From NCBI GenBank assembly GCA_963709405.1, contig CAVPXM010000025.1, forward strand, positions 1-64,000: a DNA stretch of 64,000 bases. Reading direction: 5' to 3'. The notes beneath the pieces are model-generated. The model had not been told where the DNA came from, searched no databases, and saw only the letters and a list, made by a program, of their open reading frames with translations. Positions 47,789 to 60,624 of the stretch are shown here, in pieces. The DNA comes from an uncultured Nitrososphaerales archaeon (GTDB lineage: Archaea > Thermoproteota > Nitrososphaeria > Nitrososphaerales > Nitrososphaeraceae). Every line of letters begins with the position of its first letter. Within the stretch, counting starts at the first letter, position 1. Both the position numbers and the translations under genes were made by a program.

Positions 47789-49152
47789 TTTACCATCTTT
47801 TATTGGAAGATATCTATTTTAAAAGTCTTTGTATCCTCAATTCATTTTTAGCTCATATACACTTGGTTAATTTTCTTATATTTAATTTAAAATTATTACG
47901 TCAATTTATAACACGTAATAATAACATAAAGGAGTTATTAAAAAATAAGTTTGCTGTAACTGGATGGTCAGGCGTTTCAATTCAGAAGCCGCTAAAATGA
48001 TCCCTGCTCCTTATTATATACGTTAGTTTAATATTCGCCTTGAAGTCATATATTATATGTCTTAGTGTTACAGCCTCAAAATCTTTTCAGATGACACTAG
48101 ATCGCAACGGTAAAGATTTGTAAAGACTACGATATCTGATCTTGGCTATGCTGACTATTCTGAATATTTTATAGGACATTCTACCCTGTGCTTTTTCCAT
48201 GCATGTTCGAGTCAAAGAAAATACATTGAAGTTTTATAGATCTACTAAAGTATCATTATTGGAACGTAAGATTGACGTTATGGAAGAAAGAAAATGATTA
48301 TTTATCATTTTAGAAGCACTTTAAACAAAAATTTGGTTAATAAGTAAAAGCTTGCAAAGTTAGATTTCTATCCTTTACGCTAACACAAAGAAGTTAAAAA
48401 AGAAAGAAAAAGATGATGAATTTATTCTTGCTGCTTTGTCAGCTCAGCTACAGATGCACCACTCTCGAGTATACTAATCCAGGTATTTGCTAATTTGCTA
48501 ACTAATGCTTAAATAGTTAAAAATCACCTGTTATCGTAAATATGGGGGATAAGAAAATTATCAACAACAGAAAATCAGATTAACTGCATAAAACATCAAT
48601 TCTATTCCTCTAACGAATCAATAGTTCAAATTGAAATTATCGATGCACTTGCAGCATATGGAAAACAAGCATTAAACGCTCTAACTGAAGTCATCAACAC
48701 ACCTGGTATAGATAATCAGGTGAAGGCACATGGTTTTAAGACGATTGAAGATATCAAGAAAAATTCTTTGAGTTGATATGTTTGTAGCTTAACGTCATAC
48801 CTTATTCACTAGTTAGATCGATTCGCAGTTACTGAATATATATCAGATACAATAGGAGTTATAGATGTTTTATTACTAGTGGGGCTGAAAATTTGTGTCC
48901 TTCTATTCTCCGAATATTTTCAAGGTACTCTCACCTTGAGTTGTAATACTAACATTGCTCTGTCTGCCTCTGTATTCTACTTCCGTCATTGGATTATCCA
49001 GACCGCCACTAACGCTGATAGGATTTAATAATCCTTTCAATTTGCTATGTTTGGCTGCCATTGAGAGATCTTTCCTAATTAAATCTGCTTCTTCTAATTG
49101 CTCTATAAGGTTACTTTTCTTCATTTTACCTCCCTTGACTCCACTCAATATC

Positions 49153-49356
49153 TTAAGTATAAAAAGAGATTCTGGCTTGGGCCGAAAACATTATGTTAAA
49201 TCCTACCAATACAGAAACTGCTATGAGAATGATTAAATTTATTGGAAATATGAATAGGCCTATATGATCGGTAATGTAAATTGATAAAGCGGGTGCATAA
49301 CCTACCGGGCCATAAGTTATCGTTGTTACTGATGGTGTATTATCTATACCGTACAA
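49153..49356 (-). pseudogene. Membrane protein fragment
   Basis: GPVGYAPALSIYITDHIGLFIFPINLIILIAVSVLVGFN. Confidence 0.45.
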
Positions 49357-49783
49357 GTATTTGAAGCTCTGAGAACAAAGTAAATAAACCTACATGAGAA
49401 ATATCTAAAATTATCAACTGGAGTAGTGGTACTATCTCAGATAGTATGTTCTATCAAAATAAGGAGAGCTCCTTCGAAGACGCTAATAGTGAAAGCTTCC
49501 ATAACCATTCGCACAACACCAAGAAAAAATAGACTTCCTTACATTTTTTATTTTTGTAATTTATAGAATAGTGTTCGGTCTTGCATTAGCGAAGACAAAT
49601 ATCTTGGACCATACATGCTTTAGCATATAATTCATCAACGAATCAAAGTCGGCCTCATTGGGCGTTATTTTTTGCTTCAACCATATTAATTCAGTTAAGT
49701 CTTTTTATAGCATAATATACCGTATAACAAATATCATATTATATTGCATTACACATATGATAAATTATAACAATAATTATGGC

Positions 49784-51059
49784 ATGAAAGGTATAAGATC
49801 TCCCTCTTTTGTGAGATTTCTGCTGTTTACAATCGTTCCATTATTGTTATTGTTATTGCCTTTAACTAATAGTGAAATATCAGCAGCAATAAAAATAACA
49901 CCAGCGGCAGTAACACCACCAACACCAACAACAAATACTAATATTTCTGCTAATACTACTTCTGCTGTTGCAGGCTCCTTCTCCTTCTAATGTAAACTGT
50001 ATCAGCTATGATCCTTCTAATAGGATTATTACAATAAAATGTAGATCTGCAACTCTAACTGATATAGATAACCAGCTTAATGATGATAGCATTTTAGACA
50101 GACAGGCTAATAATAATGGAGTATGGTTGCTAAATGCAGGCATTCTAGTTGATCAAGGAGCTGTACTTAACATTGATTCAAAAGATGTAAAATGGCTAAA
50201 GATAATGGCAGATGGAACATCTGCATATCAAATAGACGTATTAGGTGGCTTAAAAATTGATTCGGTGAAAGTAACTTCATGGAATCCTAAAACAAACAAT
50301 TATGCAACAAGTAACGGAACTAGGGAGCTTTCCGATAATAAAGTAGTAAAGGGCGATCCTAGACCATATATAAGAGTAGAAGAAGAAGCGACAGGCACAA
50401 CAGACATTACTAATTCAGAGATAGCATATTTAGGATATGAATCAGGAGTAGGTGGGGGAAGGAGTGGTCTGAGATACGACGGTGGAAATGGAAGTGTATT
50501 GAGAGGCAATAACATACACCATCTCTATTTTGGTTTCTATTCCAGTGAAGTAGGCGGTATGGTCATCGAAAATAATCACATACACCATAATGGTCATTAT
50601 GGTTTTGACCCTCATACTGGAACTCATGATATGATCTTTCGCAACAATACGGTTCATGATAATGGTGGAATAGGAGTGATTTGCTCGTTGGATTGCCATC
50701 GTATAACAATAGAAAATAACAAGATCTATAATAACGCCAAAAGGGGCATAATGCTTAGCAGAAATATGTCTGATTCCATTGCAAGAAATAACGTCATAAG
50801 CAATGAGGAGAATGCTATAACTATTTCAGAGTCACACAACAATGAAATTTACAACAATATGATTTCAAATAGCGAAGGTGGAATAGATATAGACAAAGAG
50901 TCTCTTAACAATGCAATACACAATAATACTGTCATAGTAGCTAATACGACACAGTCAGCATCATGGTCATCCGATGCCATAGCGGTGGAAAGTGGAGCAG
51001 AAAAAAATAATGCAATATATTCTAATACAATAATGAATGGTAATAATACGGTTCAGTAG
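49784..51059 (+). pseudogene. Secreted right-handed beta-helix protein (AlgG/NosD-like), frameshift near 49970
   Basis: Signal peptide; SEIAYLGY, YFGFYS, YGFDPHTG motifs; many Asn-rich PbH1 turns. Confidence 0.85.
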
Positions 51060-51355
51060 ACATATAGTGATCTAATTTAACAGACATTATTTTAACGCCA
51101 TGAATATCTTATCCAGCAAGATTATGTTTTGAAGTATCTTGAAACGAGTCTTTACTTAAGAAATAGCTTATACTGGGATCATTTTTGCCTAGTTTGGCAA
51201 AGTAATTACATCTATCTTCTAAAGTACACCCTTCCTTTAGTCCAAGGAAGTCAAAGAATCGTCTGAGACGACGCAGATAATACTCCCTCGTTACTGGAGA
51301 CCTTAAAGCATAAGCAAAAAGAGAATAATCACTAGTTGTTGTACTTGCACAGTTA

Positions 51356-51400
51356 GGTTACATTATTAAGTACCTACATGGGTTACACTTTGCTGCTTAG
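51356..51400 (+). repeat. 45-bp direct repeat, right copy
   Basis: GGTTACATTATTAAGTACCTACATGGGTTACACTTTGCTGCTTAG. Confidence 0.9.
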
Positions 51401-51871
51401 TCCTTATACACAATTAATAAGATAAGGGGTCAGGATGGATTGTGAGGAAGGTCGTGTGAATATACCCAGAGTTACAATAGTCGAATGTTTTGGAGAAAAA
51501 ATAGATATAATATTTCCATGCGATGCTCATCAGCTCCCATCATGATTTAGAAAATGAAGGATCACAATACTGAAAAGAAAGAAATAATTGATGATAATAG
51601 CCGATTATGACTGTTGAGTTCTAGTAACTATGTGTGTGACAAATTTCCCAACGAACCGATCGTAAAATATGAATTCAGATGAAAAGGCTACCTTATTATC
51701 TTATCTTTCGCTTTCTCTTTATATGATCAATTGAACAATCTTACGAACTATCAGATAATATGAGCAGTTAGTTACTATTTATTATACCATTATACCGTTG
51801 TCACCACATACAATTTGATTTCTGAGTTATACAAACAAGAACCATTTGTAGAGTATTAGCGTAAAACTTAG

Positions 51872-52645
51872 TTAGTTATCGGCATATTTGTAGTAAATAT
51901 TCAAGCACCTAATCTCATTAATTGGAACCACTGTGATATCAATATATCCGATTCTCTTTACACCTTTAGGATGTATCTGATAGTTTTGTGCTCCGAGTAA
52001 TAAAAACATCAGCGAGCCCGGTTTACATACCCTAGCTCCTGTTCTAAGTAATTTTGAAGGGTTAGGTAAATCTGTTCCGTACATCTCTTTCGCTGTCTTA
52101 GCGTTATATGGTGGATCACACCTCCATCTGTTAAATTTTGCGTTTGGAATAACATCAAGGTTCTGTCCATCAGCAACACAATCTGGATTCAAATCTGGAT
52201 TGATATCAACCGTGAAACATGATGAAGATGAAGATGATGGTAATTGTAATATTGAAGACAAAGAGGATTCATTCCCTTCCAGAGAGGAAGATGTCGCAAT
52301 TCTTCCCATGATACTTCCGCTACATACTTCAATAGTATTTTCTTCCTTTCCAAAGATATGGTCAATCATTTCCAAGTAATTATATGGATACCTGCCTCGA
52401 TCTCTTCCTCTCACTCGAACCTGGCCAGATATATAGTCTGGACTGTCCTCAGTGATAAATAGTACACCTTTCGCAGGGCCAGCAAGAATGATGAAATATT
52501 TATTATCGTTGACATCCGTTTGGACATCATATTTGCATTTTATGAGATCAAGAATATTTAGGGTTGATTGATTTTCTTCTGTCACAACATACTTGTTAAA
52601 TATAGTAATAAAATAAAATGGAAGGAAAATTATTATGAACTTCAA
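51872..52645 (-). CDS. Phage-type amino-methyltransferase-like protein (DPPY)
   Basis: IEVCSG (motif I-like), TVDINP..PDCVADG, CDPPY; start uncertain. Confidence 0.65.
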   Translation of the reverse strand: MKFIIIFLPFYFITIFNKYVVTEENQSTLNILDLIKCKYDVQTDVNDNKYFIILAGPAKGVLFITEDSPDYISGQVRVRGRDRGRYPYNYLEMIDHIFGKEENTIEVCSGSIMGRIATSSSLEGNESSLSSILQLPSSSSSSCFTVDINPDLNPDCVADGQNLDVIPNAKFNRWRCDPPYNAKTAKEMYGTDLPNPSKLLRTGARVCKPGSLMFLLLGAQNYQIHPKGVKRIGYIDITVVPINEIRCLNIYYKYADN

Positions 52646-53322
52646 ATAATCGGATCATTTGAAGATATCGTATAAGTTAAGAATTGATCATTATCAAAGA
52701 CAGTTCTTGTTGATAGTAATGAATGCATGCATGACTGCTCACGCATGGGCTACAATGACTTTTTTCAGGAACTTGTATTATTGTAGTTGTATAATCATTC
52801 CCTTGAAAAATAGGTATAAATAAAAAAAGAAAACAACGATAATCGTATGGCCTAGGGAATGGTCAATTTAGTTAATTATCTAATCGCTTTTTACACCTGA
52901 TGATTTTAGTTTCACAACCCTTTCGTTGTGAATCATATTTGACGCTGTTTTGAGGCCCAAAGGAATGTAGAGGTGGACAGATATTGCATAATCGTAGGTG
53001 CGGGTTCGGTGGAATGCAAGACAAATTTGACTCAATTTTGCCACCCAAAGAAAGAAAAAAATGATAATGATGAAGATTTATCCTTTCTTGCCATTTCCTT
53101 TGTCACTAGGCGGAAATGCCATTCTTCGGCTTCAGAACGATATCGAACTCTCGCAAACAATCAAGAGGAATCACTCAGCGGTGGTGGCCGTATGCAAATA
53201 TATATAAAAATATGCATATTATTTTGTGCAAATACTGCAATTATTATTTTTCTGGCCTTATCACCCTTTACCCTTTGATATGCCGCATGAAATTAATAAG
53301 ATGCTTTTCCAACTCAGTTGAT

Positions 53323-54721
53323 ATGGGAAAGCTACAGGATGGCCAAAGAGTATTAGTCTTACAAGGTGGAGGCTCCCTTGGTGCATATGAAGCAGGGGCC
53401 TACCAAGCAGTATATGAAAGCATCACTAAAAAAGACAGAGAAAAAGGAATAAAAGGTAAGCCAGTTTTCGATATTGTCGCTGGAACGTCAATAGGCGCGA
53501 TAAATGCTGCTATAATTGTAAGCTACGTGGTAGAAAATAATACGTGGGAGGGCTCTTCAGAAAGACTAAATGAGTTCTGGGAGTATTTGTCGAACGAATC
53601 TCCAATAGACCAGATTCCAGGTTTTACAGCTTGGTGGGATTATTTACATAACAACCTACACCCTGGTATTGCCTCTGGGGAGGCTCCAAGAAGATATTAT
53701 TCATCAAGGCAATCTGTGATTACAGGAGTACCTACAGCCTTTTCCCCTTCTGTCCCACTACTCGATACAAAGTTTTTTGATCCTCTAAATACATGGTTTC
53801 GCTTTGACAGTGAACCATTAAAGAGAAGTTTAGAGAGATTCGCAAAATTTCCAATAAAGACAACTTTCGATGAGAATCATCATCACTAACTCAACCAAGA
53901 CTCATCCTCATGAGTGTTGACGTGGCAGAAGGAGCTGCTGTAACATTTGATAGTTACGAAAGGCAAGATGGTTCCAGAAAATCTGAATATGGAAAATATA
54001 TTATTCAAAACGGGAAAAAAGTGGGACATCAACACATCATAAGCTATAACGATGGGATTACATCAGAGCACGTCATTGCAAGCGCGTCTGTGCCTATCAA
54101 TTATAATTATACCCCCATAGAGGTTGAAAGTTACAACAGTAATACATGAACTATGAGAAAAATATTCGTTACTTCTGGGATGGCGGGTTACTGAGTAACA
54201 CTCCATTATCACAACTTGTTAGACTACACCATCTTTATTGGCTCAAGGTAAAAGGTTTGAGAGACACTGTTCCGAAGCTAGAAGTATGCATAATCAACGT
54301 TAATCCAATGAAGCAGGATACAATCCCTTGGGACCATGATGGTGTTATAAACAGAACTATTGACATAATCCTTTCAGACAAAACACAACGAGACCAAGAG
54401 GTTTTGTTACTTGTATCCGACTATGTCGATCTAACAAAGAAGTTAATCAAAATTGCAAAAGATCATGGAGTGAAGGACGATATCATAAATAATTTATTGA
54501 ATAGTAATACTATAAACCATGGCAAAGAAATGATACCTAGAAAATATTCGGATATTGTTGAAGGACAATTTGAAATAGAAAGGGTAGTACGAATAAACCG
54601 CAAAAGTGATGAATACACTATTTCAACTAAAATACTTGACTTTTCAGCCAAGACAATTAAGCAGTTGAGAGAAGGTGGATATAGCAATAGTATAGATCTT
54701 AGTGATGTGGATTTTGGTTAG
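53323..54721 (+). pseudogene. Patatin-like hydrolase 1, two frameshifts
   Basis: LQGGGSLGAY, AGTSIGA and FWDGG motifs across three ORFs. Confidence 0.9.
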
Positions 54722-54961
54722 ATGAATAAATAAGTAAATACATCTATCTTCTATTTTATTATGGAATATTGCTTCGTATTGATTTCTCCATTCACTAGCC
54801 TTGCGTCAAGTTTGGCCAGAGGACCTTGACATTTACCAACCACTGACCCTACTAGGTATGCCTTGTCATTATACAGCACAATATTTTCCATAGCCATAGC
54901 GTTAATAGGCCGTAAGGTTATCAGATTTCCCAGAACATCTAGAATGTTAAGTTTTGGGTTT

Positions 54962-55265
54962 TGGATTCATTCCAAATACGTCATGGGGGCAAATACTTAC
55001 GGTTCTTTCCGACTTGCTGAAATATTGCAAGAGATTCTTCATCGGTGAGTTCTTTTCAAAAATGTCATCGCATGACATAGGGCGCGGCTAATGATAGACA
55101 CATAAGCTTCTATCATCATTGTCTATGTATATCGGGCGTTGGTCTATACATTTGATATTTCATTTTGGAAAAAGGTTTTTAATGTGGCATTGTACATTTC
55201 GTATTAGAAGGCTTTCATCATACTCTATGTATCAAAGCATTAGTCTATACACAAGATCTATGTAG
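54962..55265. repeat. Dispersed repeat, copy 2, with TCTAT(G/A)(T/C)A boxes
   Basis: Homologous to 34235-34510; boxes at 55121, 55142, 55223, 55243 and 55256. Confidence 0.8.
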
Positions 55266-55315
55266 ATATGCTCTTGTAGTACGATCAGATATTAAATTTC
55301 CTGCCATGTATTACA

Positions 55316-56998
55316 TTATCCCTCCTCCAAACTCTTTTTAAAAGACTCTACTAATATCTCAAGCTTTTCTATTTGTCTAACTTTTGATGTGGCATTAATG
55401 ACTCGTTTATTTTTATCTATTTCATTAACAAATTTAGCCAATATGCTGTAAGCCGCTTCGTTACGTTCAAAGTCATTTTCTTTTAGAGAATTTGCAATCT
55501 GATCTAACATATTAATCAGGCTATTTTTGATTTTGTCAATACCATTAACGGTAGTAGAATCATCACCATCCAATTCCAAATTATTGATATCTTCTTTAAT
55601 TAGCGATATCCATGCATCACATTTGCCTTCTTTTATTAATTTACTTAATGTTTCCTCTGTAAGGTCATTTGTCTTACCAGAAACACTATTAACATAATTG
55701 GTATGTTCTATACGTACTACCTTGAGTAGTTCAAATCTATCTGCTACAAGATCTTTGTATGTACTATGAACACCTGTAATTCTTTTACTTTTGGCTTTTT
55801 TTGTCTCTAAGAAATCTAAATCCTTTTCGAATTCATGTCGTTCATCCTTATTATGCAAATGCTCTCTTGCAATACATTTCAAATGGTTGATAAGATCTTT
55901 ATAGTCTGTAATCAAATTGGCTACTTTTTCATCATAATGCGAATTTCTGTCAAAATATGTTATATCATTGTGTCTATCTTTAACTCCATCATAATCTGTT
56001 GGAATATTTGTTTGCTTTGAAGGATGTAAATTAACTATGTATACTTCTAAATCTGGAATCTTGTCATCAGTATTGTTTTTTGTATTTTTCCAATAATCCT
56101 GATGAGCTTGCAAAAGTTCTCTAAATGGAGTGTTACTCAACATACCCCCATCCCAGAACTTATGCCCATTAATTTCTCGGTAATCATAAATTTCTGGTAC
56201 CGCCCCGCTAGCCATAACTTGGTCTATAGTTATACCAGCATCATATCTTATCACATTTTCATATCCTTTTCCAGCAATATAGTTACCGTACTCTGACTTT
56301 CTAGAGCCATCTGATTTTTGGTAACTATCAAATGTTACTGTTTCGCCCGCGGCTACATCAACACTACATACTAGTAATCTGGGTTGTTTTTCATCAAATT
56401 TTGTTGCTATTGGAAAATGTGCAAAATGTTCTATACTATCTTGTAACGGCTTGGCGCTATGAATAATCCATTTAGGAGTCTTATCATCATCATCAAGGAA
56501 CTTGAAATCAAGCCGTTGCTCATAGGAAGAAATATACATGTTTGGTACTCCATTGATAGAAAAGTATTTTGCTGAATAGTATCTTCTGGCAGCCTCTTTT
56601 GAAGCAACACCTCCAGTATTCTTATTTGATGCCTCCTGCCACTTAGTCCATCCTGAAACTTTCTCAATCTCTCCTTGTGGTGGAGTATAAGCTTGCCCAT
56701 TTTTCTTATCTATCCAAAATGAGTTAAGTGATTCCGCTGCCTTTTCCCAATTTCCAGTTTGCAGAAATTGACTTACTAAAATTGCACCATTCATGGCACC
56801 TATCGAAGTACCAGCGATGATATCAAATAGTAGTCTATTTTCTCCATTTTTATTGCTGACTTCCTTATCTTCCTCTGCAAGCTTCTTACATAATACCTTG
56901 AGCACACCAGCCTCATAAGCGCCGAGTGATCCTCCTCCTCCGAGAACAAGAGCTCTTTGCTTCTTAGGTACCGTCATATTATTATTACTTTTAGACAT
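55316..56998 (-). CDS. Patatin-like hydrolase 2, intact (560 aa)
   Basis: GGGGSLGAY, GTSIG and WDGG motifs; helical C-terminal extension. Confidence 0.95.
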   Translation of the reverse strand: MSKSNNNMTVPKKQRALVLGGGGSLGAYEAGVLKVLCKKLAEEDKEVSNKNGENRLLFDIIAGTSIGAMNGAILVSQFLQTGNWEKAAESLNSFWIDKKNGQAYTPPQGEIEKVSGWTKWQEASNKNTGGVASKEAARRYYSAKYFSINGVPNMYISSYEQRLDFKFLDDDDKTPKWIIHSAKPLQDSIEHFAHFPIATKFDEKQPRLLVCSVDVAAGETVTFDSYQKSDGSRKSEYGNYIAGKGYENVIRYDAGITIDQVMASGAVPEIYDYREINGHKFWDGGMLSNTPFRELLQAHQDYWKNTKNNTDDKIPDLEVYIVNLHPSKQTNIPTDYDGVKDRHNDITYFDRNSHYDEKVANLITDYKDLINHLKCIAREHLHNKDERHEFEKDLDFLETKKAKSKRITGVHSTYKDLVADRFELLKVVRIEHTNYVNSVSGKTNDLTEETLSKLIKEGKCDAWISLIKEDINNLELDGDDSTTVNGIDKIKNSLINMLDQIANSLKENDFERNEAAYSILAKFVNEIDKNKRVINATSKVRQIEKLEILVESFKKSLEEG

Positions 56999-57917
56999 TG
57001 AAATATTCTCATTGATTGCATATCTTTAACATTTAATCTAATGCCTTACGAATATGCTTTTTGTGTTAGAGGGTTTATCATGATTTCGCGCTATTGCCTA
57101 CATCCATGACTTGTAGATTATGCTCCACTATAATTATGAGTCATAAGCGGTCCAAAAACGCCAATCGGATCATTTGCTGGAAGGATCGAAGTCGGTGGTT
57201 TTGCTTATGATGTAACAGCTCAGCTCACGATATCAGATACAGGTACAATGACATTATCTATTCATTCCATGCCAAGGCCTTATGATAGACAATTGATCTC
57301 AGATACATTTGCTACTGATGACGCATTTATGGACAGAACTCTCATGTTTCAGAATGGCGATTGGCTTATGACAAGCTTCAAGGCGACAAATACACAGAAC
57401 GTTCCAGTATTCTTTCATGCAATAAATAATGAGGAGTGGATACTCAATAGATGATACCAAATTAATACTAATTACATTATCTAAAATGTTTAAGTATCCT
57501 ATTCCTAAAACAGATACATCATAAAATTCCAAGATGCTACGTATTCTTAGATAAGGCACCTCAACACTATAAATCTCATAAAATAAAGAAGTACTCCGAA
57601 GACCATGAGGATAGTCTAATACCACTCTATCTTCCAACAGCATCACCTGAGTTCATCGTACTGGAAGAATGCTGGAATATATCTAAAAATGATCTGTTAG
57701 TGCATTCTCATTTCATTATTACCTCTTTCTTTAATGTTGATATATTTTTCATTATTATTCTCGAATTCTCTTGCTGATTCTTTCAGTTCTAGTCTTTCTT
57801 GATGCAGAGTATCTATCAGAGCTGGTGACCGGACGATTCTTGTCCTTTTAGAGTATAAAGAGTAACAAGATCCTTTACTACCTGCAATAACCATTTCGTC
57901 ATACGGGAAGTGGTTAG

Positions 57918-58377
57918 TTACTCAAGCCGCCTGCTAATGAGTGTCTGCTCGAGTCGACTTTCTATGGAACGCCAATCTGTCGTCGTCACCATCGGCCTGT
58001 TTTTTGCAAGCAATAGAAGAGTTGATGCCCAAGATGACACGAAGGCGTTTAGGTTCGTTGTTACGACATCCAGTGCCGAGGCAAAGATCTGTCGGCCCGT
58101 CCCAAGAGAAATGAATACAGGCAGCAATTAGTATCATTACGTTTTGAGTGAATACCATTACAATCAAAATTGCAATAACCGCAGACGATATGCCGATGAC
58201 GGCGGCGCTAGATTTAAAGTAGTTAGTCGGCTGTCCAATTAACTTGATATTGTAATCTGCTCCTGATTTTGTTTTTTTGCGAAGAAGGAATATGAATAGA
58301 GCATTGACAAATAGCAAGTTAACAAGGTGCTTTACCATCTCTTTCATGATGAAAGTTATTCCGGTAGCATCTTGCAT
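57918..58377 (-). pseudogene. Membrane/sensor-like fragment
   Basis: TM segment followed by a frameshifted soluble stretch; no clear family. Confidence 0.3.
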
Positions 58378-58832
58378 GATGACTTGAGCGACTCACTACT
58401 TAAAAGATGTTGTATGTAAGCATGAGATGACATATCATGGTTGAATTGGACTAGATCCGAAAAGTTTGAATCACATAATCCTTACCAGCATCAGGTGCAA
58501 GTTGTTTTAATTATTAGTCTTACGGTATACGTTGGGTTTCTGATCCCGTTATTCGTGACTATTCCAATATTAAACTTGGATTCTGTTATGATAACTTAGT
58601 CTGCTATTGTTGGCATGCTACTTTACACTACTCGCGGTCTCGACTCGAGATTCTTCGGTTTTTTCTTGATACCATCCAAGGATATTATCAAACAAGAATA
58701 CACCAGGGGTAGCTTCGATCGAGGCAGACAAGAAGATATTATTCCGTAAAATACTATTACTTCAATGGCGCACCTAAGGTACAAGAACCGCTCAGACCTA
58801 GATCTGATATAAGATTCCTTGATGATAACTTA

Positions 58833-59573
58833 GAACCTATCCCAAAAATATCTTTCTGAACAGATGATCATAAAACAGGAGAACTGTACCAGTCCAAGGT
58901 AGTTCTCTGCCTTCTTTTCATACCGTGTGAACAGTTTTCTGAACCTGTTGTGCCATGAGTTTGTCCTTTCCACAACCCATCTTTTTGCAGAATGTTTTTT
59001 CCGGTTTAAGGAAGGTTGCGTTTCCGTCTTGACCTCCTCCTCTTTTTCACCCCTCTTTCTTTTGGGACTAATGTGCAGGACATATCCCCGCCTGATTAGT
59101 TCCTGTTCTTCTTGTGTGGAATTATATGCTTTGTCAAGACATAGATGTTGTAACCTTCTCCTTCTTCCCTTTCTTCTTGATTTCGGTTTGGATGATGATG
59201 ACGGCTTTTTAATAACTGAATTATCAACCATATCTATTACCAGTTTAATGTCATGGGTACTCGCAGATGAAATGACCGCCGAAAGCGGTATACCTTCTTT
59301 GTCTGTTAAAATGTGTCTTTTTGTGCCCAGTTTGCTCCTGTCCGTGGGATTATTTCCGGTCATCGCCCCCCTAAAGGCGATTTTATGGATATACTATCGA
59401 TTGATTGCCATGTCCAGTTGATACCAATGATTTGATCATATATTTGAGTGGGTAGCATCTTCCATTGGCCCAGTTCTAAGGATGTATAAAACTCCGTACC
59501 CTTCTGTAGGGGAAATTGGCCGACCCACTGTTTAAACATCGACTATAATCGTATCGAATTTTGGGATAGGCTC
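58833..59573 (-). mobile_element. IS5 element A, copy 2, with orfA largely deleted
   Basis: Same TIRs and TTA flanks as copy 1; orfB near-identical to 17439-17963; multiple deletions at 59446-59545. Confidence 0.92.
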
Positions 59574-59659
59574 TTAATACCTGGTTTATTCATAGCTCAG
59601 ATCGCTTAAAAAAAACAATTCTAAATTTTGCAAGATCTCGAATAGCGACTACACATGAG

Positions 59660-60437
59660 AAAAATGAACCTAGGTTGCTTATATTTACTGTGGACGCGCT
59701 GAAGGTGATTCGATAGCTATCCTAAACCAGACGGCCACAGGAAGTCCGAGTATGGCATGTATCCAACGAAAAAAGGGTATAGAAATGTGATAAAATATGA
59801 TGATGGGATCAACATAGATCATATTATGGCAAGTGGCACATTACCAGAATATTATGATTACAAAGAACTGATTCGGCATAAATTCTGGGATGGTGGACTC
59901 AGTAATACTCCATTTTTACAAGCACATCAAAGATATTGGCTCGATGTAGTACCACAGACAATAAAAGATAACGATATCTGTGTTCCAGATTTAGAGGTCT
60001 ATATCGTAAACCTGCACCCATCAAAGCAGTATAATCTTCCTATTGACCATGATGGAGTAAAAGATAGACAAAATGATATAATATTTGGGGATAGAAGTTC
60101 TCATTATGATGAAAGACTAGCACACTTAGTATCGGATCTGCAAGATTTTGCAACTCAAATGAAGGATCTTTCAACAGAATCGATTTCCAAAGTTAGTAAG
60201 GAATCAGACAAGAGAAAATTGAAGGGAAAATTTGACAATATCATAGCGACAACTTCTACTAGCAAAGATTTCAAAGGTCAACGGTGTACATATGATGTCC
60301 TTGCCAAAGTAGTCCGAATTGAAAGGACAAATTATACTAATTCTATTTTTGGCAAGACTGGAGATTTTACCGCCAAAACAATAGATGAGTTAATAGAGGA
60401 AGGTACCAATGATGCTAATAAGGTATTACTGAGATGA
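59660..60437 (+). pseudogene. Patatin-like hydrolase 3, C-terminal half only
   Basis: EPRLLIFTVD, IMASGTLPE, KFWDGG and DLEVYIVNLHPSKQ; close to patatin 2. Confidence 0.88.
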
Positions 60438-60624
60438 CTAGGGCATTCTACAATCACTTCGGCTTTTATTTCACGCACGATAGATGAGCTCGATCACGAA
60501 TTCCCTTAACTGGTCCCTACTAGACAGTATCGGATATTCATCAAACCGATATGGCCATACCGGAGCCCGACCGAATGCGACGTGCAGCATATCGTATTAT
60601 AAACATTTTCTAAATCGAGAGATT

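Noticed and set aside
53323-56998. CBASS-type defence operon
   Set aside because: No CD-NTase or ancillary cap genes visible near the patatins.
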